From contig CAWJKC010000007.1 in NCBI GenBank assembly GCA_963843325.1, positions 89,601-153,600 of the forward strand: a stretch of DNA of 64,000 nucleotides, read 5' to 3'. The stretch is from an uncultured Acidobacteriota bacterium (lineage in GTDB: Bacteria; Acidobacteriota; Thermoanaerobaculia; UBA5066; Gp7-AA6). The notes below the pieces were generated by a model. That model worked only from the letters and a program-made list of their open reading frames with translations. It was not told where the DNA came from and searched no databases. The translations under genes and the position numbers were made by a program. This document shows, one piece after another, positions 38,648-50,327 of the stretch (positions are counted from its first letter, which is position 1; every line of letters starts with the position of its first letter).

Positions 38648-39842
38648 ATGAAGCCGCTTCTCTTCAGCGTCCTGCCGCGGCCGCCGCACCCGAGCCGCGA
38701 CGGTCTGGCGATCCGCAACTTCCACCTCCTGTCGGCCCTGACCGAGCATTTTCGCGTGCGTGCGTTTTCGCTGCTCGATCCCGAGCGCGCCTACGGGCGG
38801 GGGGAGATCCCGCCGGGACTCGAGATCGACTGGATCGCTCAGGCGCCCCGACGGCCCCGGCGCGTCTGGGCCGCCGCCGCGAGCCTTTCGCGGAGGGCGG
38901 GCCTATTCCGAGCTGCTCTATCGCTCGCGCGCCCTCGCGAAAAGTCTCGCGGCCGCCGCGGCCGCGGAGACGCCGTCCTGGATCGTGGCGCACTCGTACC
39001 ACGTCGGGCCGGCGGCGCTCGCGGCGGGACGCCGGGTCTGGATCGATTTTCACAATCTCGACTCCGAGATCTGGCGGCGCACGGGCGAATCGCCGGAGGG
39101 CGGCGCGGCGGCGTGGTTCGCGCGCCTCCAGGCGCCGCGCGTCCGGAGCCTCGAGGCGAAGCTGGCGGCCGGCGCCGCCGGCCTCTCGTGCGTCTCCCGC
39201 CGCGATGCCGCAGCCCTGCGCGCGCTCGGGGCGCGCACCGAGCCGATGGTCGTCGCCAACGGCGTCGACCTCGAGCGCTACCGGATGCGCGCGCAGGCGC
39301 CGGAGGACGAGACGGTCTTCTTCGTCGGCGACCTGTCCTGGCCGCCCAACGCCGACGCCGTGCGCTGGATGCACGCGAAGGTCTGGCCCGAGTTGAAGCG
39401 CGCGCGGCCCTCGGCGCGCGTCGAGATCCTCGGACGCGAGGCGCCCGCGGACGTCCTCGGTCTGGCGGGGCCGGACTGGACCCTGCTCGGGGAAGGGGCC
39501 GACACGCGCCCGCACTGGGCCGGAGCGGCCGTTGCCGTCGTGCCGCTGCTCGCCGGCGGGGGGACGCGGCTCAAGGTGCTCGAGGCCGCGGCCTCGGGCG
39601 TGCCGGTCGTCGCGACGCCGATCGGCGCCGAGGGGCTCGAGTTCACGCCCGAGACCGAGATCCTGCTGCGCGAGGACGCGTCGGAATTCGCGGCGGCGGT
39701 GGCCGGGCTTCTGGCCGACCGCGCCGCCGCCCGCAAGCAGGCGGTGGCCGCGCGCGCCCGCGTCGAAGCCCTGTACGACTGGGAGCGGATCGGCGAAGAG
39801 TTCGCGCGCGAGCTGGTGAACCGGATCGGACAGGGCGCGTGA
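38648..39842 (+). CDS. family 4 (group 1) glycosyltransferase (frameshifted near 38897)
   Basis: The N-terminal part is in ORF 38648.. (PHPSRDGLAIRNFHLL). The remainder is in ORF 38760..39842 (VVANGVDLERY, VFFVGDLSWPPNADAV, GGGTRLKVLEAAASGVPVVATPIGAEGL). Confidence 0.8.
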
Positions 39843-40983
39843 CGGCCGCCGCGCTGGCGCTCGCGCTCGTCGCGGCCGCGCTGTTTGCGTGGTCGTACCT
39901 CGTGTACCCGGCGCTCATCGCGCGGCCGGGCGGCGACGGTCGCGCGCGTCCGACCCGGCCGAGCCCGCTCCGCCTCTCTCCGTCGAGGTCGTGCTCGCCG
40001 CGGCCGACGAGGAGTCGGTCATCGCGGCGCGCGTCGCGAACCTGCTCGGCCAGGCGGGCGTCCCGGACCTTTCGGTCGCGATCGGCTGCGACGGGTGCCG
40101 GGACCGCACGGCGGCGCTGGCGCGCGAGGCCGGGGCGGGACGCGTCCGCGTGGTCGAGTTTCGCGACCCGGCGCGGAAAGGCCGCGGTCGTCGAACGACC
40201 TCGTGCGCGACTCGACGGCAGACCTCATCGTCTTCACCGACGCCAACACGCGCTTCGAGCCGGGAGCGGTCGCGGCCCTCGCGCGCGCCTTCGGCGACGC
40301 GGGCGTCGGCGCGGCGTGCGGCCGGCTGGTGTTCGAACGGGGCGCCGGCGCGCGCGAGACGCCCGAGTCGGAATTCTGGGATCGCGAGACCCGGATGAAG
40401 GAGGCCGAAGGCGCCCTGGGAATCTGCCTCGGCGCCAACGGCGGGATCTACGCGGCGCGGCGCGGGCTGGTCCGGCCGCTGCCGGAAGACACGACCTCGA
40501 TGGACGACTTCCTGATCCCCGTGCGCGTGGCGCGGGACGGGCACCGGATCGTCTTCGCGGGCGACGCGGTGGCGCGCGAGGACGCGGCGCGCGACGTCGC
40601 GGCCGAGGTCGCGCGGCGCGTCCGGATCGGCATCGGCGCGGGCCAGGTGCTGCGGCGCGAGCGCTGGCTCTACGCGGCCGGCGCGCATCCCCTCCTGACG
40701 CTCGCGTTCCTTTCCCGCAAGGCGGCCCGCTGGCTCGCGCCGCTGCTCGGCGCTGCTCGCGGCGGCCGCCGCGCTCTTTTCGCCGGCGCTCGCGCCGCTG
40801 GGCGCGGCCGTGCTCGCCGGCGCCGTCCTCCTGCTCGCCGTCGCGCGCGCGAAACCGCGGCTGGGCGGCGTCGCCGGGAGGCTCTATTATTTCGGCGTGT
40901 TGAACGTCGCGCTCGCGCTCGGCGTGGCGGCGGGGCTCGCCGGCTACGCGCGTCCGGTCTGGACGCGGACGGCGCGTTCCTGA
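39839..40983 (+). CDS. membrane-associated family 2 glycosyltransferase (about 3 frameshifts, near 39920, 40185, 40750)
   Basis: GTG at 39839 overlaps the GT4 stop. The pieces are LSVEVVLAAADEESVI, DLIVFTDANTRFEPGAV, GRLVF, GANGGIYAARR, DDFLIPVRV, and C-terminal TM helices ending ...GYARPVWTRTARS. Confidence 0.7.
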
Positions 40984-42352
40984 TGGCGCGCCGGCGCCCG
41001 TCGGCATTCCGCACGGTCGCGCTCGCGGGCGATCTGGCGATCGCGGTCGGGGCGCTGTACGCCGGTTTCTTCCTCCGCACGCACGTGGCGATTCCCGGCA
41101 CGCTCGGCCTGCTGCCGGTCGGCAGCGTCGCGCTTCACGTTCTGGAACATCGTCATCGTGGCGGCGGTGCAGGCGATGGCGCTCTGGCTCTTCGGTCTCT
41201 ACCGCGACCACGAGCGGTTCCGGGAACCGCTGGCGCGGCTGCTGCTGCCGGCGCTCCTGCTCGAGCTGCTGACGCTGGCGTCGGTCTACTTCCTCGGCGC
41301 AGCCCTATTCCTTTCCGCGGTCGGTCCTCGTGATCTTCCTGCTCGTCAACGGGGTCGGGCTCTCGCTGTGGCGCACGGCGCTCGACCGCGTGTTTCCGCA
41401 GCCCCGGCGCCGCGCGCTGATCGTCGGCGGCGGCCCGGCCGCGACGCTCATCGCCGACACGATCCGGCGCCACTCCTGGACCGGGGTGGAGCTGGCGGGG
41501 CTCGTCGGGGCCGGCGACGCCGCGCCGCCGGACGTGCCCGTGCTCGGGCCGGTCGAAGATCTCCTCGCGATCGTCGAGGCGCAGGAGATCGACGAGGTCA
41601 TCCTGACGCCCGAGGCGGCCTGGTGGCGCGACGAGATCCCGGAGCGCATCCCCCCGGCGTGGCGGGCGGACCTGCTCGTCTGGCCGTCGCCGTTCGAGAC
41701 GATGATCGGGCGCCTGCGTTTCCGCATCGTCGGCGACCTCCCGCTGCTCGAGGCGCGGGTGCGCCCGCTCGACGGCGCCGGCGGATTCCTGAAGCGCGCC
41801 TTCGACGTCGTCGTCGCCGCGGCCGCGCTGTTCCTGCTGGCCCCGGGGCTCGCCCTGGCGGCCGCGCTCGTCGCGGGCACCTCGCCCGGCGGCGTCTTCT
41901 ACCGGCAGACGCGGGTGGGCCGCGACGGCCGGCCGTTCGAGCTCTGGAAGCTGCGCACGATGAAGAAGGGCGCGGAGGTCGAGACGGGCGCCGTGCTCGC
42001 GGTGCCCGACGATCCGCGGGTGACGGTGATCGGCCGGGCCCTGCGCGGCGCGCGGATCGACGAGATCCCGCAGCTGTGGAACGTGGTGCGCGGAGACATG
42101 AGCCTGGTGGGCCCGCGGCCCGAGCGGCCGGAGTTCGCGCAGCGGTTTGCGAAGACGGTGTCCGGCTACGCGCTGCGCCACGCGGCGCGGCCGGGCCTGA
42201 CGGGCCTGGCGCAGGTCTCGGGCGAGTACTCGAGCGAACCGGACATCAAGTTGCGTTACGATCTTGCGTACTTGAACAACTGGTCTCTTTTTCTCGATCT
42301 CGCGATCCTGCTGCGCACGCTGCCGGTCGTCCTGACGCGCCGTGGGATCTGA
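40983..42352 (+). CDS. polyprenyl glycosylphosphotransferase (priming sugar transferase, WbaP/EpsB type; frameshifted near 41130 and 41295)
   Basis: The N-terminal TM region spans three frames. The catalytic domain is intact in ORF 41330..42352 ([75 protein letters not shown]). Confidence 0.8.
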
Positions 42353-43104
42353 CGCGCCGCGCGGCCGGAAGGTCGCGGTCGTCATGCCCGCCTACAACGC
42401 GGAGCGGACGCTCGCCCGGACCTACGCCGACGTGCCCCGGACGCACGTGGACGACGTCATCCTCGTGGACGACCGTTCGCGCGACCGCACGGTCGAGATC
42501 GCCAGGCGAGCTCGGCATCCACGTCGTCGTGCACGCGCGCAACCGCGGGTACGGGGGCAACCAGAAGACGTGCTACCGGACGGCCCTCGAGCGCGGCGCG
42601 GACGTCGTCATCATGGTGCACCCGGACCACCAGTACGACCCGACGGTCATCCCGCACCTGCTCGACGGCCTCGACCGGGGCTACGACGCGGCGTTCGGCA
42701 GCCGCATGCTCGGGGGCCGGCCGATCCAGGGCGGCATGCCCAAGTGGAAGTACCTCGGCAACATCCTGCTGACCGCGATCGAGAACGCGACGTTCCTGAT
42801 CTACCTGACCGAGTACCACAGCGGATTCCGCGCGTACACGCGCCGGTACCTCGAAACGGTCAACCTCGAGGCCAACTCGGACGGGTTCGTCTTCGACACC
42901 GAGATCATCGCGCAGGGGATGGCCAAGGGGCTGCGCATCTGCGAGATCCCGATCGAGACGCGCTACTTCGACGAGGCGTCCCAGATCGCGTTCGGCCCCT
43001 CGGTGCGGTACGGCCTGGCGATCCTGAAGACGATGCTGCTCTTCAAGCTGCACGTCTGGGGGATCTGGTCGAGCCGGATCTTCCGCGACCGAAAACCGGC
43101 GTAG
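42342..43104 (+). CDS. family 2 glycosyltransferase, dolichyl/polyprenyl-phosphate sugar synthase-like (frameshifted near 42508)
   Basis: [14 protein letters not shown]...[17 protein letters not shown] is in ORF 42342... [21 protein letters not shown]...[10 protein letters not shown]...FDTEII follows in the tail of ORF 41158..43104. Confidence 0.75.
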
Positions 43105-43111
43105 CAGCCCG

Positions 43112-43646
43112 CTAGCGGCGTTCTTCGGGCGGCAGCGGCGGCGGCGCCGCGAGCCGGCCCTGCCGCAGCTCCAGCGACAGACGGTCGATCTCGGCGAGCA
43201 GCGGCCCCTTGACCTCGGGCGGCAGCGACTCGAGGATCTCGGGGCTGATCCAGCCGGCGCGCAGCTGGGCCGCGGCCGCGCTGTCGGAGCGGCGCAGCAT
43301 GGCGTAGGCGCGGCCCACGTTCAGGTCGATTTCCGCGCGCTCACCGGTTGCGAACGCCTCGCGGTAGAACTCGAGGGCGCGCTCGGGCTGGCCGGTCACG
43401 AGAAAGGACGAGCCCGCGAGGACCCACGGCCGGGGATCGTCGGGCAGGTTGCCGGTCGTCGTGAGCGCGAGCTGGCCCGCTCCGACGATGTTCTTCGCCG
43501 TTTCCGGATCGGAGCCGCGGTCGAGCAGCGCGCGAAAGGCCGTGGTCGCGTATCCCACGCGCCGCTCGGCGCGCGTAGCGCGCGAATTCCGGCCAGCACA
43601 GGACGGCGAGCAGGCAGAGGACCGCGGCGGCGCGCAGCAACTTCAC
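43112..43646 (-). CDS. membrane-anchored hypothetical protein with TPR-like helices (frameshifted near 43562)
   Basis: GTG at 43646 overlaps the upstream stop (GTGA). The N-terminal anchor [21 protein letters not shown] is in one frame. ORF 43112..43558 carries [14 protein letters not shown]...NVGRAYAML. Confidence 0.5.
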
Positions 43647-44986
43647 GACCGATCCTCCCCGGCCTCGGACACGCCCTCGCCCGAGATCCGCCAGGCGCGT
43701 CCGGCGGCGAGCAGCAGCGGAACGGCCGTGACCGGCCGCTGCAGCGGAAACCAGGTCAGCGCGGCCGCCGCCCCGGCCGCGAGCACGGCGAACAGGATGG
43801 CGGCCTCGGCGCCCTTCGAGCGCCACGCCGTGCGGCCGACGGTCGCGAGGAGGCACGCCACCGCCGCGAGGACGAGGAGCCCCGCGGGCACGCCGGCGTC
43901 GGTGAACACCTGGAGGTAGTCGCAGTGCGTCTCCGCGTAGGCGCTCGTGAGCAGGGGAGCGACGAAGCGCCGCTGCAGGCGGATCTCGGCCGCGAGCCGG
44001 TGCGGCGCGTACTCCGCGGCGAACGTGCCCGGGCCGAAGCCCGTCAGCGGCCGTTCCCGCGTCATCTCGAGGGCGGCGGCCCAGGGCCCGCCGCGAAAGG
44101 AGAGCAGGATGTCCCAGTGGCCCAGGCGCGCCAGCTTCGCGACCTCGGTGGCGCGGGTGCGCAGCGGAGCGTAGCCCGCGACGGCGAGGCCGAGCAGCAG
44201 CACGGCGCCGGCAATCGGAAGCACCGCGCGCCGGCGGTAGAGCACGACGAGCAGAACCGCGGCGCCGGCCAGGGCGCAGGTCAGCGCCGTGAGGTTCAGG
44301 TTCACCACGAGGGCGGCGGCAAAGAGGGCGAGCAGGGCGGCGCAGCCGGCCCGCGCCCGGTTCGCGCGCGCCTCGAGCAGAAGCCCGAGGGCCACCACGC
44401 CGGCGAGCGCGAGAGTGATGGCGAGGTATCCGACGTTGCCGGCGTAGGCGCCCGTGCTCTGCCGGTCGCCGATGGTCTCGAGCAGAAACGGCTGGAAGCG
44501 TCCGCGGCTCTGGAGGATCGAGACGACGGCGTTGACCGCGGTCCCGCCGAGGAAGGCTGCGGCCAGCCAGGAGCGTCCTCTTTCCACGACCCGCGAGGCG
44601 CCGAGCGGGAGCAGCAGCGCGAAGACGACGACGGAGCGCGCCGCATCGAGGGACGGCCCGCGGCGCGGCGAGGCCAGGGCCGCGACGAGCGAGATCCCGA
44701 GGGCGGCCGCCGCGAGCCACAGGGCGGCGCGCCGCGAGCGGGGGCCCTCGCTCCAGGGCCGCGCCGCGTCGGGCTGCGGGCGCTGGAAGGCGAACGCGGC
44801 GGCGGCCGCGATCGCCGTGCCGACGAGCGCGATCAGCCGCTTGGGCGCGTCGAAAGCAGCCGCGGCGCTGGTGTCGACGATGAGCGCGGTCCCCGCGAGG
44901 ACGGCGGCGAGCGCCGCCGCGGCGACGATCGCCCCGACGTCCGCGCGCGCGGGACGCGTCGGTTCCTTGCGCTTCTTCCTGGCCAA
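43643..44986 (-). CDS. O-antigen ligase / polymerase family membrane protein (Wzy_C-like)
   Basis: 447-aa ORF with more than 10 TM segments and a large loop carrying PLTGFGPGTFAAEY...AETHCDYLQVFTDAG, typical of O-antigen ligase-like proteins. The start codon is TTG, so the start is uncertain. Confidence 0.75.
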   Translation of the reverse strand: MARKKRKEPTRPARADVGAIVAAAALAAVLAGTALIVDTSAAAAFDAPKRLIALVGTAIAAAAAFAFQRPQPDAARPWSEGPRSRRAALWLAAAALGISLVAALASPRRGPSLDAARSVVVFALLLPLGASRVVERGRSWLAAAFLGGTAVNAVVSILQSRGRFQPFLLETIGDRQSTGAYAGNVGYLAITLALAGVVALGLLLEARANRARAGCAALLALFAAALVVNLNLTALTCALAGAAVLLVVLYRRRAVLPIAGAVLLLGLAVAGYAPLRTRATEVAKLARLGHWDILLSFRGGPWAAALEMTRERPLTGFGPGTFAAEYAPHRLAAEIRLQRRFVAPLLTSAYAETHCDYLQVFTDAGVPAGLLVLAAVACLLATVGRTAWRSKGAEAAILFAVLAAGAAAALTWFPLQRPVTAVPLLLAAGRAWRISGEGVSEAGEDRS

Positions 44987-45022
44987 GCGGTGGGGATGTT
45001 ATGACGTTATGCTCACGCCCGG

Positions 45023-47344
45023 GTGGCCTCCTTGGACGACGACGAATCCCCCCGCGCGCGGCTGGTCTCGCTGCCGATGTGGGTCTATCGGCACCGGGTC
45101 CCGATCCTCGCCGGCTTCGGCGGGATGCTCCTGGCCGGCGTGATCGCGCTCGGCTATTTCACGACGCGCGTGGTGGGGCGCTTCGATGGCCGCCGGTGGA
45201 ACCTGCCCTCGCGCATCTACTCGGACCTCTACGCGCTGCGCCCCGGAGACGCGGCCTCGATCCCCGCGATCGCGGCCAAGCTCGGGCGCCTCTACTACCA
45301 GGAGACCGACGGCCCGCCGGAGCGGCCCGGGCCACTATCGCCGGGAGAAGGAGGCCCTCGAGATCTTCACGCGCGGCTTCCGCTACCCCGGGCGCAGGTT
45401 TCCGGGCGCGCGCCTGCGCATCGTGTTCGGCGCGGGCCGCGTGAAGTCGCTCGTGGATGCGGCGGGCGAGCCGGTGCCGGCCCTGATTCTCGAGCCCGAG
45501 CTGCTCGGCTCCGTCTTCGGCGCGGACCTCGAGGACCGCACCGTCATCCGTCTGGCCGAGGCGCCGGCGTCGCTCGTCGACGCGATCCTCGTGACCGAGG
45601 ACCGCGACTTTTTCCGCCACACGGGCGTGTCGGTGCGGCGCCTCTTCGGCGCCGTGTTCCGGACCCTGACGGGCGGGCATGAAGCAGGGCGGCTCGACGC
45701 TGACGCAGCAGCTCGTCAAGAACCTCTACCTCTCTCCCGAGCGCACGCTGCGGCGCAAGGCCACCGAGGCCATCATGGCCGTCGTCCTCGACGCCCGCTA
45801 CTCCAAGGACGAGATCCTCGAGGCGTACCTGAACGAGATCTACCTCGGGCGCCGCGGCGCCATCGCGGTGACCGGAGTCGGGGAGGCCGCGCGCCACTAC
45901 TTCGGCGTGGAGGTCGCGGACCTCGACCTGGCCCAGTCGGCCACGCTCGCCGGCATGATCCGCGCGCCCAACGCGTACTCGCCGTTCCGCAACCCGGAGC
46001 GGACGCGCCAGCGCCGCGATCTCGTCCTGCGTCTGATGCGCGAGGAGGGAAAGATCGACGAGGCGGCGATGAAGGCCGCCATGGACGAGCCGATCACTCC
46101 CCGCAGCCGCGTGGAGGACCTCACGCGCGCCCCGCACTTCGTGGACTTCGTCAAGGGCGAGCTCGCCGAGCGCTACGGCAAGCAGCTGCAGACCGAGGGC
46201 CTGCAGATCTACACGACCCTGGACGTCGACCTGCAGCAGGCGGGGCAGCGCGCGGTGACCCAGGGGCTCGAGAATCTCGAGAAGACGTACAAGCGGCTGG
46301 CCTCGGCCTCGCGGCAGGCGCCGCTGCAGGGCGCGTTGATCGTGCTCGAGCCGCAGACGGGCGGCGTGCGCGCGCTCGTCGGCGCCCGCGACTACCGCCT
46401 CTCGCAGTTCAACCGCGTGACGCAGGCGCACCGCCAGCCGGGCAGCCTCTTCAAGCCCTTCGTCTACCTCGCCGCCTTCGCGCGGCGCGACATGGATCCG
46501 CCCGTGACGCCGGCGACGATCCTGATGGACTCGCCGATCACCGTCGAGTGGGGACAGAAGACCGACGAAGAGTCGTGGACGCCGCGCAACTACGACGGCG
46601 ATTACCGCGGCCCGATGTCGGCGCGCCAGGCGCTCGAACGCTCGATCAACATCCCGACCGTGCGCGTTTCGCTGATGGCGGGCCTTCCGTACGTGCTCGG
46701 CGCGGCCAAGGGCGCGGGGATCGCTTCGCGGCTGCGCGGTTACCCCTCCGTCGCGCTCGGCGCCTTCGAGATCTCGCCCATGGAGATCGCCGGCGCGTAC
46801 TCGGTCTTCGCCAACAGCGGGGTGCGCGTGGCGCCCGAACGCGATCGTGGGCGTCACGACGGGCGACGGGACGGTGCTCGACCGCAAGGCGGCGCCGCTG
46901 TCGCCGGCGCTGCCGGCCGACGCGGTCTATCTCGTCAACACGATCCTGAAGGGCGCCGTGGACCACGGCACCGCGACGGGCGCGCGCGCGAAGGGCCTGA
47001 CGGGCGTGCTCGCGGGCAAGACGGGCACGACGAACGACGGGCGCGACGCCTGGTTCGTGGGCTTCTCGCCGCGGTTTCTCGCGGTCGTCTGGGTCGGCTA
47101 CGACGACAACCGCGGGCTGAACCTGTCCGGGACCCAGGCGGCCGTGCCGATCTTCGCCGACTTCTCGCGCGCGGCGCCCGCGCAGTTCTTCGCGGAGGAT
47201 TTTCCGGTGCCCTCCGACATCGTGACCGCGACGATCGATCCCTCCACCGGCTTTCTCGCGTCGCCCGGCTGTCCGCAGCCGACGACCGAGGTCTTCATCG
47301 AGGGCACGGCGCCGACGACGGTGTGCCCGAAGCACGGGGGCTGA
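45023..47344 (+). CDS. class A penicillin-binding protein (glycosyltransferase + transpeptidase; frameshifted near 45330, 45675, 46840)
   Basis: GT51 motifs are split over frames ([15 protein letters not shown] / [43 protein letters not shown]). Transpeptidase motifs are [13 protein letters not shown] and, in ORF 46847.., [18 protein letters not shown]. Confidence 0.85.
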
Positions 47345-47376
47345 GCGACACGCCGTCCGCGTTCTGATAGATTCGC

Positions 47377-50319
47377 GTGTTCGGTCGACACGTGAAGAAG
47401 TCCAATCCTCTCCGCCCCGCTCCGATCCGCATCCGCGGCGCCCGGACGCACAACCTGAAGAACGTCTCGGTCGACGTCCCGCTCGGCCGGCTGACCGTCA
47501 TCACCGGGGTTTCGGGCTCGGGCAAGTCGTCGCTGGCCTTCGACACGCTCTATGCGGAGGGGCAGCGCCGCTACGCCGAATCGCTCTCGACCTACGCGCG
47601 CCAGTTCCTCGAGCGGCTGGACCGGCCCGACGTGGACTCGATCGAGCCCGTCCCGCCGGCGATCGCGCTCGAGCAGAAGAACGGCGTCCGCAACGCGCGC
47701 TCGACCGTCGGGACGCAGACCGAGATCCACGACTCGCTCCGGCTGCTCTTCGCCCACGGCGGCACGACGGTCTGCCCGGACTGCGGCGTCGACGCCGTGC
47801 CGGGGGGCGTCGACCGCGCGGTCGAGGAGCTTTGCGCGGCCGAAGACGGCGCGCGGACGGTGCTCGTGGCCCCCGTCGGCTGGAGGGATGCCGAGGCCCC
47901 GGCCTCCGGGCGGCGCCGGAAGGCGGCCAGCGACGGCGCGCGGCTGGCCGAGTACAAGCGCGCCGGGTTCTTCCGGGCCCTGTCGCCCGAGGGCGAGATC
48001 GTCGAGATCGGGGACACGGCGGCGCCGCTGCTCGATGCCGAGGGCCGTCTGCGGCTCGTCGTGGGCCGCTTCGTCGTCGGGCCCGCATCGCGGCCCGAGA
48101 TCGCGGCCGCGGCCGAGACCGCGTTCTCGCTGGCCGGCTCCCTCGAGGCGCGCATGGAGGACCGCGTGCGGACCTTCCGGCGCGGTCTGCACTGCCCGCG
48201 CTGCGGGCGGGAGTTTCGCGACCCGACGCCGCCGCTCTTCGGATTCAACTCCCCGCTCGGCGCCTGTCCGGCCTGCCAGGGGTTCGGGCGCGTGATCGGC
48301 GTGGACCTCGAGAAGGCGATTCCCGACCGCAGCCTCACGCTCGCGGAGCGCCCGATCGCCCCGTGGAACACGCCGGCGTACGAGTCCGCGTACGACGACC
48401 TCTTCCGCGCCTGCCGGCGCTACTCGGTGCGCACCGACGTGCCGGTGTCGCGGCTGTCGGCGCACGAGCGCGAGATCCTGATCAAGGGACGCGGCGACTT
48501 CTACGGCGTCCAGGGGTTCTTCGACTGGCTCGAGACCAAGCGCTACAAGATCCACGTGCGCGTGCTGCTGGCGCGCTACCGCGCCTACACGCTCTGCGGC
48601 TCCTGCCGCGGCGCGCGCCTCGCGGCGCCGGCCCTCTGGGTCCGCTTCCGCGGCAGGACGATCGCCGATCTCGTGGAGCTGTCGCTGCGGGACCTGAAGG
48701 TCTTTCTCGACGGGCTCGTGCTCTCGGCGTCGGAGCAGGCGCGGCTCTCCTCGGTCGTCGCGGAGCTGAAGGCGCGCGTGCACTACATGAACGACGTGGG
48801 CCTCGAGTACCTGACGCTCTCGCGCGCGGCGCGGACGCTCTCGGGCGGCGAGTCGCAGCGCATCGGCCTCGCGTCGGCGCTCGGCGGCGCGCTGACCGGA
48901 ACGCTGTACGTCCTCGACGAGCCGACGATCGGCCTGCACGCCGCCGACACGCGCCGCCTGCTCGCGATCCTGCGGCGGCTGGCCGACCGCGGCAACACGG
49001 TGGTGGTCGTCGAGCACGATCCCGAGGCGATCGAGGCCGCCGACCACGTGATCGACCTCGGCCCCGACGCGGGCAGCCGCGGCGGCCAGGTCCTCTTTGC
49101 CGGGACCCCGCGCGCCCTCGCGCGCGTGAAGGACTCGGCCACCGGCGAGCTGCTGCGGCGGCGGCTCGAAGCCCGCGTCCGCCGCCCGCGGCGCCGCGCC
49201 GGCGCCCGTGCCGATCCGGGGCAAGCGCCCGGGCGCTCTCGCGCATCGTGCCCTTCCGCCGCGCCGAGGGCGCGATCACCATCGTCGGCGCGCGCCAGCA
49301 CAACCTGCAGAACCTGACGGTCCGCGTGCCGCTCGGGCGGCTCGTCGCGCTGGCCGGCGTTTCGGGCTCCGGCAAGTCCACGCTCGTGCGCGACATCCTG
49401 CACGGCGCCTACGCGCGGCGCGTCCGCGGCGCGGCGCCCTTCGAGGTCGGCGCGCACGACCGCATCGACGGGTTCGAGGGCATCTCCGAGCTGCTGCTCG
49501 TGGACCAGAGCCCGCTCGGCCGCTCGGCCCGCTCGAACCCCGTGACGTACACGAAGGCGTGGGACGAGATCCGCCAGCTGTTCGCCCGGTCGGCGCGGGC
49601 GGTTTCGCGCGGGCATCACACCCCGGGACTTCTCCTTCAACTCGGTCGGCGGCCGCTGCGAGGCGTGCCGCGGCACCGGATGGCAGACGATCGACATGCA
49701 GTTTCTCGCCGACGTGACGGTGCGCTGCGAGGTCTGCGACGGGCGGCGGTTCCAGCCGCGCGTGCTCGCCGTGCGCCTGCGCGGCAAGAACATCGACGAC
49801 GTGCTCGACATGACGGTCGAGGACGCCGCCGCGTTCTTCCGCGCGGACGAAAAGGTCGTGCGCCGCCTCGAGCCGCTGCTGGAGGCCGGGCTCGGCTACA
49901 TCCGGCTGGGCCAGCCGACCGCGACCCTCTCGGGCGGCGAGGCGCAGCGCCTCAAGCTCGCGGCCTTCCTCGGGATCCGGCCGGCCGCATCGCGCGGCGC
50001 GCTCTTTCTCTTCGACGAGCCGACGACGGGACTCCACGCCCGCGACGTCGACCGGCTGCTCGCGACGCTGCGGCGCCTGATCGCGCGCGGCCACTCCGTG
50101 CTCGCCGTCGAGCACCACCTCGGGTTCCTCGAGGCGAGCGACTGGATCATCGAGCTCGGCCCGGGCGGCGGCGCGGACGGCGGGCGGCTCATCGCCGAGG
50201 GCACGCCCGCGGACATCCGCGGCAACCCGAAGAGCGTGACGGGCCCCTTCCTCGCGGACCCGCGCGCCGCGCGCGCGGCCGGGGCCGCCTCTATAATGGA
50301 AGAGAAGTCCTTTCGCTGA
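47377..50319 (+). CDS. uvrA: UvrA-family excinuclease ABC ATPase (frameshifted near 49220 and at GGG 49611-49613)
   Basis: [50 protein letters not shown], zinc-module cysteines, [12 protein letters not shown]. The second ABC half is [61 protein letters not shown]. The frames join as ...[26 protein letters not shown]. Confidence 0.85.
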
Positions 50320-50327
50320 AACACGCA

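Noticed and set aside
47345-47376. A LexA/SOS box upstream of the uvrA-family gene (GATTCGCGTGTTCG).
   Set aside because: Only one half-site (GTTCG) matches the CGAAC-N4-GTTCG type box. The two GTTC tetramers are 14 nt apart rather than 7. This is not enough to call a site.
47377-50319. The UvrA-family protein as a UvrA2-type paralogue lacking the UvrB-binding domain. It has ALEQKN where I expected SIDQKT.
   Set aside because: The overall length and the order of the zinc modules and inserted domains look canonical by eye. Deciding between UvrA and a paralogue needs an alignment or phylogeny I cannot run.
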